This document shows, piece after piece, positions 1 through 9,960 of a stretch of 64,000 bases of DNA. Within the stretch, counting starts at the first letter, position 1. Each line of letters begins with the position of its first letter. Both the position numbers and the translations under genes were made by a program. The notes below the pieces were generated by a model. It made no database searches. It was not told where the DNA came from and saw only the letters and a list, made by a program, of their open reading frames with translations. This DNA comes from Gemmatimonadaceae bacterium (GTDB lineage Bacteria; Gemmatimonadota; Gemmatimonadetes; Gemmatimonadales; Gemmatimonadaceae): contig JBJMOW010000002.1 of assembly GCA_045803545.1 (NCBI GenBank), positions 288,001-352,000 of the forward strand. Reading direction: 5' to 3'.

Positions 1-288
1 ACTGTTGGTGACATTCCATTTGAAGTCCGGCTCGGCGGTGATCAAGCCACGCAGGAATTCGTTCACCGCTTTTGCGCCGACGCCGCGAAAATTCTGCGCG
101 ACGTCTTCATGAACGCCGTCACCGGCCAGCAGTGTATCAATTGCCGCTGTATCGTGCGCGTTCCAAGCCTGCACATACGCCAGAGCGACCGCCTTGTCGC
201 CTGCCACGGGCTGTTGCTTTGAATAGACGGCGCACGAAATGGTAGCGAATGCGAAAAAAATTGGAGCAGTGTACGAGCGTCCTCTCAT
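1..288 (-). CDS. SnoaL/NTF2-like (ester cyclase family) exported protein, partial (runs off window start)
   Basis: Not in the ORF track; translated by hand: MRGRSYTAPIFFAFATISCAVYSKQQPVAGDKAVALAYVQAWNAHDTAAIDTLLAGDGVHEDVAQNFRGVGAKAVNEFLRGLITAEPDFKW. The AWNAHD..A..L..D..ED pattern is typical of SnoaL folds. GGAGG lies upstream; possible lipobox TISC. Confidence 0.8.
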   Translation of the reverse strand, partial: MRGRSYTAPIFFAFATISCAVYSKQQPVAGDKAVALAYVQAWNAHDTAAIDTLLAGDGVHEDVAQNFRGVGAKAVNEFLRGLITAEPDFKWNVTNS

Positions 289-435
289 TCCCCGCCTCCA
301 TCAGGTCGTTTCAGCCGTCTATACCGAGCGTTGCTCGATACGCTGCATTCCCGCTGCGCGGGGCGCAAGTGTGTTGTGTACCAACCCTGCGCCGTTCAAA
401 GCGCGGTCCCACATCCGACTGCGCATCAAGGTTTC

Positions 436-464
436 TTGCAGTTGTTCGCTCTACCCCGTAAGGT
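436..464 (+). promoter_or_regulatory. putative sigma70 promoter of the TonB-dependent receptor
   Basis: TTGCAG-N17-TAAGGT about 40 nt upstream of the ATG at 506. Confidence 0.45.
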
Positions 465-505
465 TTGCTCGCTGGTGAGCCGCAACCTTCCGACGAGAGG
501 TGGCA

Positions 506-3343
506 ATGCGACGCCCGTTCTGGCAGCTGGTCATTGTTATTGGCTTTCCTCTGTTGGCAATCATTCTTGCTCCGCGCGTGACCACTGCGCAGGGCGGCGT
601 AGTGCGCGGACGGCTTACTGACTCCGCCGGCGTCGCCATCGCGCGAGCTACGGTCACCCTCGAGCCCGGCGGATTGCGCGCAACGACGCGCGATAATGGC
701 GAGTACGCAATCACGCGCGTTCCACCCGGCGTCTACACGCTGCGAGCGCGCCGGCTTGGTTATCTCATCCCGGCAACTACAGTGACGCTTGCGGAAGGGC
801 AAACAGTAACGCAGGACTTCACCGTGACGCACTCGGTGGTCTCGCTCGGAGAAGTGGTCATTGGATCGCGCGCGCGGCACACTGCCGCGGACGAGTTACC
901 GGTCCCCGTCGATGTTTTCACGCCAGAGATGATCCAGGCCCAGGGCACCACCGAGACCGCTCAGATTCTGTCGCAGCTATCGGCCTCGGTGAATTTCCCA
1001 CGCCAAAGCGTGTCTGACGCGACGGAGATCGTGCGACCCTTCACGATGCGCGGGTTGAGCCCGGATCACACGCTGGTGCTCATAAATGGAAAGCGCCGAC
1101 ATCACACCGCGCTGATTCATTACTACGGCGCCGGTGAAGGCGCTGGGTCGAGCGGCATCGACATGAATTCGATCCCGGCCAGTGCCATTGGCCGAATCGA
1201 GGTTCTTCGTGACGGCGCGGCTGCGCAATACGGATCGGACGCGATTGCCGGCGTCGTCAACGTACTTCTGAAGGATGGTGCAACATCGCCGTTCTTCACC
1301 GCGGATCTCGGTGAGTATTGGACCAGCAAACAGAATCCGGCTGCGCTTCCGAATTCTGGCGGCTCGCGGCCGGCTTACCCGCACGACGGAAGAACTTTCG
1401 ACATCAATGGCGGCTGGGGAGTTCCACTCGGCCGAGGCTCGCTCGGGTTGTTCGCCGAGTACCGCGATCGGCAGCCGACTAACCGTGCCGGACCTGACCC
1501 GACAGACATGTTCGTTGCGGGCGATGCCGACGGAGTGGTGGACGGGAATCTCGTTTCCAAGAACAACGCGATCGGAATGCCGAACCATCACTGGGGCGAT
1601 GGCGCGTCCAAGGATCTGATGACCTTCTTCAACGCCTCCTTCCCGTTCACACCCTCTAACGCATCCGCCGGTCTCTACGCGTTCGGCGGGTATAGCTACC
1701 GTCAGGGAGCCGGTTTCGGATATTTTCGACCGCCATCGAGCGAGCGAAACTGGACGCAGATCTACCCAAATGGTTTCCTTCCGAAGTTCGCTCCCGATGT
1801 TCTCGACTTTTCCGGAGCCGGCGGTGTGCGCGGATTATTGTCCGGCTGGTCTTACGACCTCGGCGGAACGATCGGCCACAACGGGTTCAAGTACAATCTT
1901 GAGCACACCCTGAATACGTCGTTGGGACCGTGTCTGACAACGGCGTGCGCACCGGGAGCAGATGGCGTTCTGGGTACCGCAGACGATCCCGGCATCCCCA
2001 ACAAAACGAGCATTTTTGCCGGAGAGCTCAAATACACCGAGGCGATTCTCAGTCTGGACGCCAGTCACGAATACGCGGCGGGCCTCGCGTCGCCACTCAA
2101 CGTGGGCATCGGCACCGCGTTCCGCACCGAGCGTTACGTCATCGGGGCCGGTGAGACTGCCTCTTACATCAACGGCTTTCATCCGGCGCAGGATGGCAGT
2201 ATCGCGCCGTCAGGGTCACAGGTCTTTCCTGGATTCCGCCCCCAGGATGCGACGAACGCGGACCGGAACAACGTCAGCGCTTATGTTGATCTCGAGGCCG
2301 ACATAATTCCGCGCGTACTGGCCGACGTCGCCGCGCGTTACGAGCACTACAGCGACTTTGGCAGCAAGGTCACTGGAAAGCTCGCGATGCGGTACCAGCC
2401 AACTTCACAACTCACCTTGCGTTCGGCAATCAGCACGGGTTTCCGCGCCCCGTCGCTCAATCAGAGCTACTACTCGAGCGTCGTCACCAATTTCGCCGCA
2501 GACCCCAACACCGGCAATCCGGTTCCGTTCGAGATCGGGATCTTTCCAGTAAACTCACGAGAGTCCCGCGCGCTTGGCGCGCGACCGCTTAAACCAGAAT
2601 CGTCGCGGAATATCAGTGCCGGATTCGCGCTGACGCCGATCGAAAACCTCACGTTCACCGCGGACTTCTACTACATCGCGATTGACGATCGCATCACCAT
2701 CACGGGTTTTCTCGGCGACGGCACTGACAGCGTTTCCCGCATCCTGGCCAATATCGGATCGCCTGCGACGACCGCGCAATATTTTACCAACGCGATAGAT
2801 ACCAGGACGCGAGGTCTTGACTTGACTGGCAGCTATTCGCGGGCGACCCTCGGGGGAACGGCCGGCCTCAATGCAATCTTCAATTTCAATCGCACGACGA
2901 TCCCAAACGAGGACAACATTCCTTTGCCGGCGGAGCTTCAGGGGACTGGCGTGACCCTCGTCAACAAATACGACGAAGGGGGCCTGTTGGCGATCACCAA
3001 GGAGCGCCCGGCATGGCGAGGGACGGTCACCGGCACGTACTCGCGCGGATTGTGGAATGGCATGGCGCGCTACGCTTACTACGGCAAGTATACCTCAGCG
3101 CTTTACAGCTATAGTGGCGGCGACGTGCAGAACTATCGGAACAAGAGTCTGGTCGACGCAGAGATCGGCTTCTCACCAATACAGGGCTTCAAACTGTCGA
3201 TTGGTGGACGAAATCTTTTTGACGTCTATCCGGACCGTATGAACGAGGGAAACGGGTTCGACATTTTCCCGTGGCCCCCGGCATCGCCATTCGGCTACAA
3301 CGGTCGGTACCTGTACTCCCGTGTCGAGCTGACAGGCCGATGA
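506..3343 (+). CDS. TonB-dependent receptor with N-terminal carboxypeptidase-regulatory-like domain
   Basis: Signal peptide, then GRLTDSAG/TTRDNGEY domain, plug motifs (LRGLSPDHTLVLINGKRRH, RIEVLRDGAAAQYGSDAIAGVVN), barrel ending SPFGYNGRYLYSRVEL. GAGAGG precedes ATG 506. Confidence 0.95.
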   Translation: MRRPFWQLVIVIGFPLLAIILAPRVTTAQGGVVRGRLTDSAGVAIARATVTLEPGGLRATTRDNGEYAITRVPPGVYTLRARRLGYLIPATTVTLAEGQTVTQDFTVTHSVVSLGEVVIGSRARHTAADELPVPVDVFTPEMIQAQGTTETAQILSQLSASVNFPRQSVSDATEIVRPFTMRGLSPDHTLVLINGKRRHHTALIHYYGAGEGAGSSGIDMNSIPASAIGRIEVLRDGAAAQYGSDAIAGVVNVLLKDGATSPFFTADLGEYWTSKQNPAALPNSGGSRPAYPHDGRTFDINGGWGVPLGRGSLGLFAEYRDRQPTNRAGPDPTDMFVAGDADGVVDGNLVSKNNAIGMPNHHWGDGASKDLMTFFNASFPFTPSNASAGLYAFGGYSYRQGAGFGYFRPPSSERNWTQIYPNGFLPKFAPDVLDFSGAGGVRGLLSGWSYDLGGTIGHNGFKYNLEHTLNTSLGPCLTTACAPGADGVLGTADDPGIPNKTSIFAGELKYTEAILSLDASHEYAAGLASPLNVGIGTAFRTERYVIGAGETASYINGFHPAQDGSIAPSGSQVFPGFRPQDATNADRNNVSAYVDLEADIIPRVLADVAARYEHYSDFGSKVTGKLAMRYQPTSQLTLRSAISTGFRAPSLNQSYYSSVVTNFAADPNTGNPVPFEIGIFPVNSRESRALGARPLKPESSRNISAGFALTPIENLTFTADFYYIAIDDRITITGFLGDGTDSVSRILANIGSPATTAQYFTNAIDTRTRGLDLTGSYSRATLGGTAGLNAIFNFNRTTIPNEDNIPLPAELQGTGVTLVNKYDEGGLLAITKERPAWRGTVTGTYSRGLWNGMARYAYYGKYTSALYSYSGGDVQNYRNKSLVDAEIGFSPIQGFKLSIGGRNLFDVYPDRMNEGNGFDIFPWPPASPFGYNGRYLYSRVELTGR

Positions 3344-3435
3344 TGTTTCCACTGGCGCCGGCTCAATACCCGCCGCGATGAGAACCGTTCTTGCTTAACA
3401 AGCCGGTACCGATTTCGGCGTTGAGGAGGAATTGA

Positions 3436-4686
3436 GTGCCGACAGATCCTGCCACCTATCCGCTGCAGTTAGCGGCGATTCTATCCGATCGACTGCGGAC
3501 GGCCAAACAGGAGCTGGTGACCCAATGGCTGAACCGGATCACCGCTCGCGTGGCTATCTCGAGCAAGCGCGTTTTTCCGACTCACGAATTGCTCAACCAC
3601 GTCCCGCTTCTCATCGAGGGAATAGCCGGGTACCTGAAACGTCCCGAACGCGACATCGACGCCAAGGCGCCGGTCGTTGCGAAGGCGATGGAGCTCGGTG
3701 CGTTGCGTCACGCCCAGGGTTTCGACGCCTACGAGATTCTCAAAGAGTACGAGATGCTGGGCGAGATCATCTTCGGCTTCCTTGCCGATACCTCCGAGAC
3801 AGTCCCCGGTGATTACGCCCGGCGCGATTTTCTTATTTGCTGGCAGCGACTGGCGCAGGCCATGGAGCTGATTCGTCAGGCGACGATGAGCCACTTTCTT
3901 CGCCTGTCCGATGGGCAAGTCAACGAGCGTGAGAGCAGACTCAGAAAATTCAATCGCACCGTTGCCCACGAGCTGAAAAACAGGATCAACGCCATCAGCG
4001 CCGCATCGGCGGCGTTGTCGCAGGAGTGGGTGCCACCCAGCGAACGAAAGGAGTTCGAGGAGATCATTGCCAAGAACTCGCGGGGTCTCGAGAAAACGCT
4101 CGGCAGCCTCGAGTCGCTCTCGAGAACGCAGGCGGATTCACGGCACTGCCGCAATGTGCTTTTGCCTGAGGCGGCGAACGAAGCAGTGCGTGAGCTCGCC
4201 GATGCGGCGAACGCGAAGGGCGTCGATGTGCGAATTGCCGACGATCTTCCCCCGATCGAAGTCGACGCAGCGGTCGTCGAGCTCGCGCTCATGAACTATG
4301 TATCGAACGGCATCAAATACTCGGACACTGGCAAACAGCAGAAATGGGTGTCGATCAGCGCCGCGGTCGAGGCGCCCAATACCGAGCACGATCGCGAGGT
4401 CGTGATTCGCGTCGCTGACAACGGCATCGGCATTCCCGCAGATCGGCGTGAGCAACTATTCCGGGAGTTCTATCGCGCGCACGACGAGACCGTCACCGAC
4501 GCCGCGGGCACTGGTCTCGGACTGAGCATTGTGCGCGAAGCTGTCGAGGCCATTGGCGGACGCGCGTGGGCAGAGTTTCCCGAAAATCAGGGAAGCGTCT
4601 TTGCCTTCTCCGTCCCGTCTCGCAGACGGGAAGACCTGCGTAGAGCAGAGGCTGGCGCCCAGGCAAAGGAGCCCGCCAGCGGATAG
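3436..4686 (+). CDS. cytoplasmic sensor histidine kinase with RsbRD-N-like (globin-like) N-terminal domain
   Basis: H-box AHELKN, N-box NYVSNGIKYS, DNGIGI, GTGLGLSI. No TM segments. N-terminal W..RI / ELGALRHAQGFD pattern. SD GAGGAGG. Confidence 0.9.
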   Translation: MPTDPATYPLQLAAILSDRLRTAKQELVTQWLNRITARVAISSKRVFPTHELLNHVPLLIEGIAGYLKRPERDIDAKAPVVAKAMELGALRHAQGFDAYEILKEYEMLGEIIFGFLADTSETVPGDYARRDFLICWQRLAQAMELIRQATMSHFLRLSDGQVNERESRLRKFNRTVAHELKNRINAISAASAALSQEWVPPSERKEFEEIIAKNSRGLEKTLGSLESLSRTQADSRHCRNVLLPEAANEAVRELADAANAKGVDVRIADDLPPIEVDAAVVELALMNYVSNGIKYSDTGKQQKWVSISAAVEAPNTEHDREVVIRVADNGIGIPADRREQLFREFYRAHDETVTDAAGTGLGLSIVREAVEAIGGRAWAEFPENQGSVFAFSVPSRRREDLRRAEAGAQAKEPASG

Positions 4687-4781
4687 CGCGGCCACTGACC
4701 TCGGGATTTCTCCCATGGTCGCCGTTCATTGCGGACGCCCGGTGAGTTCTCCATACTAGCTGTCACTCTCACCCCGTTCTC

Positions 4782-5648
4782 GTGACTCTACACTCTCGCC
4801 GACAATTTCTCACAACCTTGGGCGTTGGCGCTCTTGGCCTCGCCGGAATCAACGCCGCATCTTCCTGCGCCAGCGGCTCGGGCGCCGCCGGTTCTCGAAA
4901 GCTCAAGAAAGTTGGACTGCAGCTGTACACGGTGCGGAATCTGATGCAGCAGGATATGCCGGGGACTCTCGCGCAGGTTGCCGCTGCCGGATACAAGGAA
5001 GTCGAGTTCGCTGGCTACTTTGGTCGCACGCCGGAACAAGTGCGGCAACTGCTCGCTCAGAACGGCCTGACCTCACCCTCTTCGCATCTTCAGTTCGACC
5101 CTTTTGGCGGCAACGCCAATGATGTTCTCGCGTTCTCCAAGGCCATTGGTAACGAGTGGGCGGTGATTCCTTACATCCCTGAAGAGCGGCGCAAAACGAT
5201 GGACGACTGGAAGCGCATTGCCGCTATGCTGAACAGCATCGGCGCGCAAGCGAAAACACAGGGGCTGCGTCTCGCGTACCACAACCACAATTTCGAGCTC
5301 GCCGACATGGGTGGTCAGCGACCCCTCGATTACATGCTCACCAATACCGATCCGTCGCTGGTCGATTTCGAGATGGATTTGTACTGGGTGGTTTTTGGTG
5401 GCGGAAACCCGATCGATTTCTTCAACCGCTATCCTGGCCGATTCCCGATGGTCCACGTCAAGGATTCCGCTGGACCGCCGGACAACAAGATGGCCGACGT
5501 CGGCAGGGGCACCATCAACTTCGCGTCGATCTTCGCACTCAGCGACAAGGCCGGCATCAGGCACTATTTCGTCGAGCGGGACGATGCGACCGATGAACTC
5601 GCGAGTATCCGCAATAGCGCTCAGTATTTGATCAATTTCACTTACTGA
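4782..5648 (+). CDS. Tat-exported sugar phosphate isomerase/epimerase (AP endonuclease 2/xylose isomerase-like TIM barrel)
   Basis: SRRQFL Tat motif; GLQLYTVR, YHNHNFE, EMDLYW, HVKD and VERD motifs. Confidence 0.92.
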   Translation: MTLHSRRQFLTTLGVGALGLAGINAASSCASGSGAAGSRKLKKVGLQLYTVRNLMQQDMPGTLAQVAAAGYKEVEFAGYFGRTPEQVRQLLAQNGLTSPSSHLQFDPFGGNANDVLAFSKAIGNEWAVIPYIPEERRKTMDDWKRIAAMLNSIGAQAKTQGLRLAYHNHNFELADMGGQRPLDYMLTNTDPSLVDFEMDLYWVVFGGGNPIDFFNRYPGRFPMVHVKDSAGPPDNKMADVGRGTINFASIFALSDKAGIRHYFVERDDATDELASIRNSAQYLINFTY

Positions 5649-5706
5649 TCTTGGATCTCGCAAAAACCGTTTTGAAAAAACTGAATTCATCGAGGAGCTG
5701 TAGCAG

Positions 5707-7263
5707 ATGACGGGCAAGAAGGTCACGCGCCGCCAATTCGTTGCTGACGCCGGCAAGATCGGCCTCGGCGTGATGATTGTCCCGCGACACGTGCTCGGCG
5801 GCGTCGGCTATCAGGCGCCGAGCGATACGATGAACTTCGCGGTGGTCGGCTTTGGCGGGATGGGATCGGAGAACGCCCTCGAGCTTGCGAAGACCGAGAA
5901 CCTCGTCGCCTACACAGATGTCGACTGGGCTTACTCAGCGAGTAAGGTCGCTGAAAAGCTCAAGGACAACGACAAGAAGGATCGGCCGGAAGGCATCACA
6001 CTAAAACAAAAATTCGACAAGGCCACGCGGTATTCCGATTTCCGCGAGATGCTCGACAAGCAGAAAGACATCGACGGCATTGTCATCGCCACTCCAGATC
6101 ATCTGCATGCAGTGGTGGCGAAAGCGGCGATGCAGAACGGCAAGCACGTCTACGTGCAGAAGCCGCTCACGTATTCAGTCCACGAAGCGCGAGTGCTACG
6201 TGACATGGCGCTCGCCAATCCGAAGATCGTGACCCAGATGGGAAATCAGGGTCATTCAAGTGAAGGGGCGCGGCTCGTCAATGAGTGGATACAGGCAGGC
6301 ATCATCGGCCCCGTCCACGAGGTCCATGTCTGGACCAATCGTCCGGTGGTGTACTGGCCGCAGGGCGTTCCGCGTCCCACTGGCTCTCCACCCGCGGCGC
6401 CGCCGCCCAGTCCTTTCGGAAATCCGTACAGCTTCCGCTATGTGAATCAGCTGCTGGCGTCGGCGTTGGGTTCGTATCCGGTGCCACCCGGATTGCACTG
6501 GGATCTGTATCTCGGTCCAGTCGCGGAAGACGTCCCGTATCATCCGATCTATCACCCGTTCAACTGGCGCGGCTGGGTGTACTTCGGCGTCGGCGCGCTT
6601 GGCGACATGGGTGCGCACCTGATCGATCACCCGTTCTGGGCGCTCGGTCTTACTTATCCCACGAGCATCGAGGCCACGTCGACCCAGTGGGGGACGATCC
6701 CCGTTCCGCCCGACCCCAACGCTCCCGCAGGCAGTCGCGAGAATCGCGGTTACAACAAACCAGTATCGTATCCGGTCGCGACGCAGGTGCACTATCAGTT
6801 CGCTGAGCGAGGCAATCAGCCGCCGGTCAAACTCACGTGGTACGATGGTGGTTTGTATCCACCGCGTCCCGATGTTTTGCCGGATGATGTCACGCTCAAG
6901 AGCGAAGGCGGCGTGATCTTCATCGGCGAGAAGGGAATTCTGATGCACGACACATATGGCTCGAACCCGCGCCTCTTCCCGGTCTCACTGATTGAAGACG
7001 CGGCACTGGTGCCGAGGACTTATGATCGGATTCCCTGGAGTCACGAAATGAACTGGGTGAAGGCGATCAAGGGCGAGGCAAAGGCTAGCTCGCCATTGGA
7101 GTACGCGGCGCAGCTCACCGAGACAATGCTGCTCGGTATCGTCGCGCTCCGCACGGGTCAGGGAACGAAGATTCTGTATGACGGACCGAACATGCGCGTA
7201 ACCAACATCGCAGACGCGAATCAATACCTGACGCGCGAGTACCGTCCCGGCTGGGCAATCTGA
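5707..7263 (+). CDS. Tat-exported Gfo/Idh/MocA family oxidoreductase
   Basis: TRRQFV Tat motif; [31 protein letters not shown]. Confidence 0.92.
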   Translation: MTGKKVTRRQFVADAGKIGLGVMIVPRHVLGGVGYQAPSDTMNFAVVGFGGMGSENALELAKTENLVAYTDVDWAYSASKVAEKLKDNDKKDRPEGITLKQKFDKATRYSDFREMLDKQKDIDGIVIATPDHLHAVVAKAAMQNGKHVYVQKPLTYSVHEARVLRDMALANPKIVTQMGNQGHSSEGARLVNEWIQAGIIGPVHEVHVWTNRPVVYWPQGVPRPTGSPPAAPPPSPFGNPYSFRYVNQLLASALGSYPVPPGLHWDLYLGPVAEDVPYHPIYHPFNWRGWVYFGVGALGDMGAHLIDHPFWALGLTYPTSIEATSTQWGTIPVPPDPNAPAGSRENRGYNKPVSYPVATQVHYQFAERGNQPPVKLTWYDGGLYPPRPDVLPDDVTLKSEGGVIFIGEKGILMHDTYGSNPRLFPVSLIEDAALVPRTYDRIPWSHEMNWVKAIKGEAKASSPLEYAAQLTETMLLGIVALRTGQGTKILYDGPNMRVTNIADANQYLTREYRPGWAI

Positions 7264-7287
7264 GTCAAACCCTTCGCGAGGAATGCC

Positions 7288-8034
7288 ATGTCAACTGCAG
7301 TTTCGGCACGATTAACAACTATTTCCCTGATCGCTCTGGCCTTTGTTGCGTGCACCCCGATGGGGAACAACTCGCAAACCGCGAGCAGTGCCGCGGCGAC
7401 GGGGACATCCGGGTTGAGTGCTGAACAGACCGCCGCCGGCTGGCGCCCGTTATTTGATGGCTCGAACACAGACGCCTGGCGCGGTTACAAGACGCAGACG
7501 CTGCCGGCTGGTTGGCACATCGCCGATGGCGTGCTGACGAAGACGGGATCGAGCGAGGACCTGATCACGAAGGATCAATTCGCGAACTTCGAGCTGGCGA
7601 TGGATTGGAAGCTGAGTCCGGGCGGCAATGCCGGCCTCTTTTATCGCGGGACAGAAGAGTACGACCACATCTACTGGAGCGCACCTGAATATCAGCTGCT
7701 CGACGACGCAGGCCATCCAGACGGTAAGAGTCGCCTGACTTCGGCCGGCGCGGATTACGGCCTTTATCCCTCGCGTGCCGGTGTTGTCAAACCGGCTAAC
7801 GAATGGAACTCGACACTGCTCGTGGTCAACGGCAATCGCGTTCAGCACTGGCTCAACGGACAGAAGCTGCTGGAGTACGATCTCGGCGGCGCGGACTGGC
7901 AACAGAAGGTCGCGGCCAGCAAGTTTGCCGCCTATCCGAACTATGGAAAAGCCAGTCGTGGCTACATCGGCATCCAGGGTGACCACGATGGAACTCTCTC
8001 ACTTCGCAACATTCGAATCCGGGTCCTTCCATGA
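7288..8034 (+). CDS. DUF1080 (3-keto-disaccharide hydrolase family) lipoprotein
   Basis: Lipobox [53 protein letters not shown]. Confidence 0.92.
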   Translation: MSTAVSARLTTISLIALAFVACTPMGNNSQTASSAAATGTSGLSAEQTAAGWRPLFDGSNTDAWRGYKTQTLPAGWHIADGVLTKTGSSEDLITKDQFANFELAMDWKLSPGGNAGLFYRGTEEYDHIYWSAPEYQLLDDAGHPDGKSRLTSAGADYGLYPSRAGVVKPANEWNSTLLVVNGNRVQHWLNGQKLLEYDLGGADWQQKVAASKFAAYPNYGKASRGYIGIQGDHDGTLSLRNIRIRVLP

Positions 8035-9314
8035 ACGCACGTACGCGTCTGTCGGCGATGATGTTCCTCCAGTACTTCATCTGGGGGGTCTGGTTCGTCA
8101 CCATGGGCACCTACCTCGGTCAAACGCTTCACTTCACCGATCGTCAGATCGGTTTGTCGTATGGAGCCACCGCCATTGCCGCGCTTGTCTCCCCGTTTTT
8201 CATGGGCGTCGTTGCCGACCGATACTTCTCCAGTGAGAAACTGCTGGCACTGCTGCACCTGGTCGGCGGTGTCGTGATGTACCTGGTATCGCTGCAGACG
8301 AATTTCGGCTCGTTCTATCCACTGCTGATTCTCTACGCGCTCTGCTACATGCCGACGCTGTCGCTCACCAATTCGATCTCCTTCCATCACGTCAACGATC
8401 CAGGTCGCGATTTCCCCTTCATTCGCGTGCTGGGTACGATCGGATGGATCGTGGCCGGCATCATCGTCGGAAAAGTCTTTCACGCTGACGCCCTGGTGTT
8501 GCCGATGCGTCTCGCTGCCGGCGCATCTATCATCATGGCTGCTTACTCGCTGGCGCTTCCGCACACCCCACCGCCCAATGCCGGCGGCAGATTCAGCATG
8601 CACGATGCACTGGGACTGGATTCCCTCGCCCTGCTGAAGAACCGGGACTTCTTCATTTTCGTGGCGGGTTCATTCCTGCTCTGCATCCCGCTTCAGTTCT
8701 ACTACACCTTCGCCAATCCATTCCTGAATGAAGTGAAGGCGCCGGATCCGGCGTTCATCCAGACTTTCGGTCAGATGTCCGAAATCTTCTTCATGCTGCT
8801 GCTGCCGGTGGCTCTGCGGCGACTCGGCATCAAGGTGATCATGCTCGTGGGCATGGCGGCATGGGCGCTTCGATATCTCGCGTTTGGAATGGGTGCGGTC
8901 GGACCGGTGATGGGACTGCTGTACCTCGGAATCATCCTGCACGGCGTCTGCTACGACTTCTTCTTCGTCAGCGGACAGATTTACACCGATCAGCGTGCCG
9001 GCGAGAAGATCCGTGCTGCTGCGCAAGGCATGATCAACTTCGTCACCAACGGGCTCGGTTATTTCGTCGGCGCTTTCGTTTCGGGAGCGGTCGTCAATCG
9101 GTACGCAACCGCCAATGCCTCCTGCAGTGCCGAAGCGGCGGCTGCCCGTCAGTGCCTGCAGGTCACCCACGACTGGCATTCCATCTGGCTGGTGCCTTCG
9201 GCCGGAGCAGCGCTGGTGTTCATTCTGTTCGCGATCCTGTTCAAGCCGAGAGGGGGCGCGCCTCAGGCGGCCGTACCCGAGCCGGCGGTTGGTCCGGGCG
9301 GCGTACCGGCGTAA
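8031..9314 (+). CDS. nucleoside:H+ symporter family (NupG/XapB-like) MFS permease
   Basis: [48 protein letters not shown]; about 12 TM segments; overlaps the DUF1080 stop (ATGA). Confidence 0.9.
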   Translation: MNARTRLSAMMFLQYFIWGVWFVTMGTYLGQTLHFTDRQIGLSYGATAIAALVSPFFMGVVADRYFSSEKLLALLHLVGGVVMYLVSLQTNFGSFYPLLILYALCYMPTLSLTNSISFHHVNDPGRDFPFIRVLGTIGWIVAGIIVGKVFHADALVLPMRLAAGASIIMAAYSLALPHTPPPNAGGRFSMHDALGLDSLALLKNRDFFIFVAGSFLLCIPLQFYYTFANPFLNEVKAPDPAFIQTFGQMSEIFFMLLLPVALRRLGIKVIMLVGMAAWALRYLAFGMGAVGPVMGLLYLGIILHGVCYDFFFVSGQIYTDQRAGEKIRAAAQGMINFVTNGLGYFVGAFVSGAVVNRYATANASCSAEAAAARQCLQVTHDWHSIWLVPSAGAALVFILFAILFKPRGGAPQAAVPEPAVGPGGVPA

Positions 9315-9366
9315 CAAACTCGAGGCGGGAGCCGTATGGCATTGAAAGCCCACCGGGAATGACATA

Positions 9367-9666
9367 ATGGATCCATTCCGAATGGTCGTCGCGATCGTGG
9401 TCGTCATCGCGGTGACCACGACAATCAGAACTTTACTTACTACCATCTTTGGTCGCCGCAGTTATCACGGAGGCGAGTCGCGCGAAACACGCGAGTCTGG
9501 CCCAATCGCCGACGCGAGACTTTCCCGTCTCGAGCAGGCGGTCGATGCGATAGCGCTCGAGGTCGAGCGGATCTCGGAAGGCCAGCGATTTACAACCAAG
9601 CTCCTTAGCGAGCAGGCCAGGCAGGGCGGCAAGCTCAGTCGTGAGCTCACCAACACTCCAACCTGA
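9367..9666 (+). CDS. small single-TM protein with coiled-coil tail (PspB-like architecture), hypothetical
   Basis: N-terminal hydrophobic helix followed by RLSRLEQAVDAIALEVERISEGQRFTTKLL. Confidence 0.8.
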   Translation: MDPFRMVVAIVVVIAVTTTIRTLLTTIFGRRSYHGGESRETRESGPIADARLSRLEQAVDAIALEVERISEGQRFTTKLLSEQARQGGKLSRELTNTPT

Positions 9667-9680
9667 CGTCGAGGTCAGCA

Positions 9681-9911
9681 ATGTCGAACCGCAAGCTCGC
9701 GGTCGGTTGCGCAATCGTTGTGCTGGGAATTGCAGCGTGCGCGAAGGACGATTCGAGCGAAACTACAACTCGCTCGACCATGACAGAACGACAGAAGGAC
9801 AGCCTGATCGCACGGTCGCCGATTCCCGGAGCGAAAGCTGTGCAGAAGTCGATGAACGTCGCTGATTCCGCCTCGGCGCGGGCGCAGAGAGCAGTCGACA
9901 CTTCTCAGTAA
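9681..9911 (+). CDS. small hypothetical lipoprotein
   Basis: Signal peptide with lipobox IAAC; SD GAGG. Confidence 0.75.
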   Translation: MSNRKLAVGCAIVVLGIAACAKDDSSETTTRSTMTERQKDSLIARSPIPGAKAVQKSMNVADSASARAQRAVDTSQ

Positions 9912-9960
9912 AAGCCCGCGGCATTTGAAAACGGGCTGTCCTTTGCACTGACTGTAGCTC

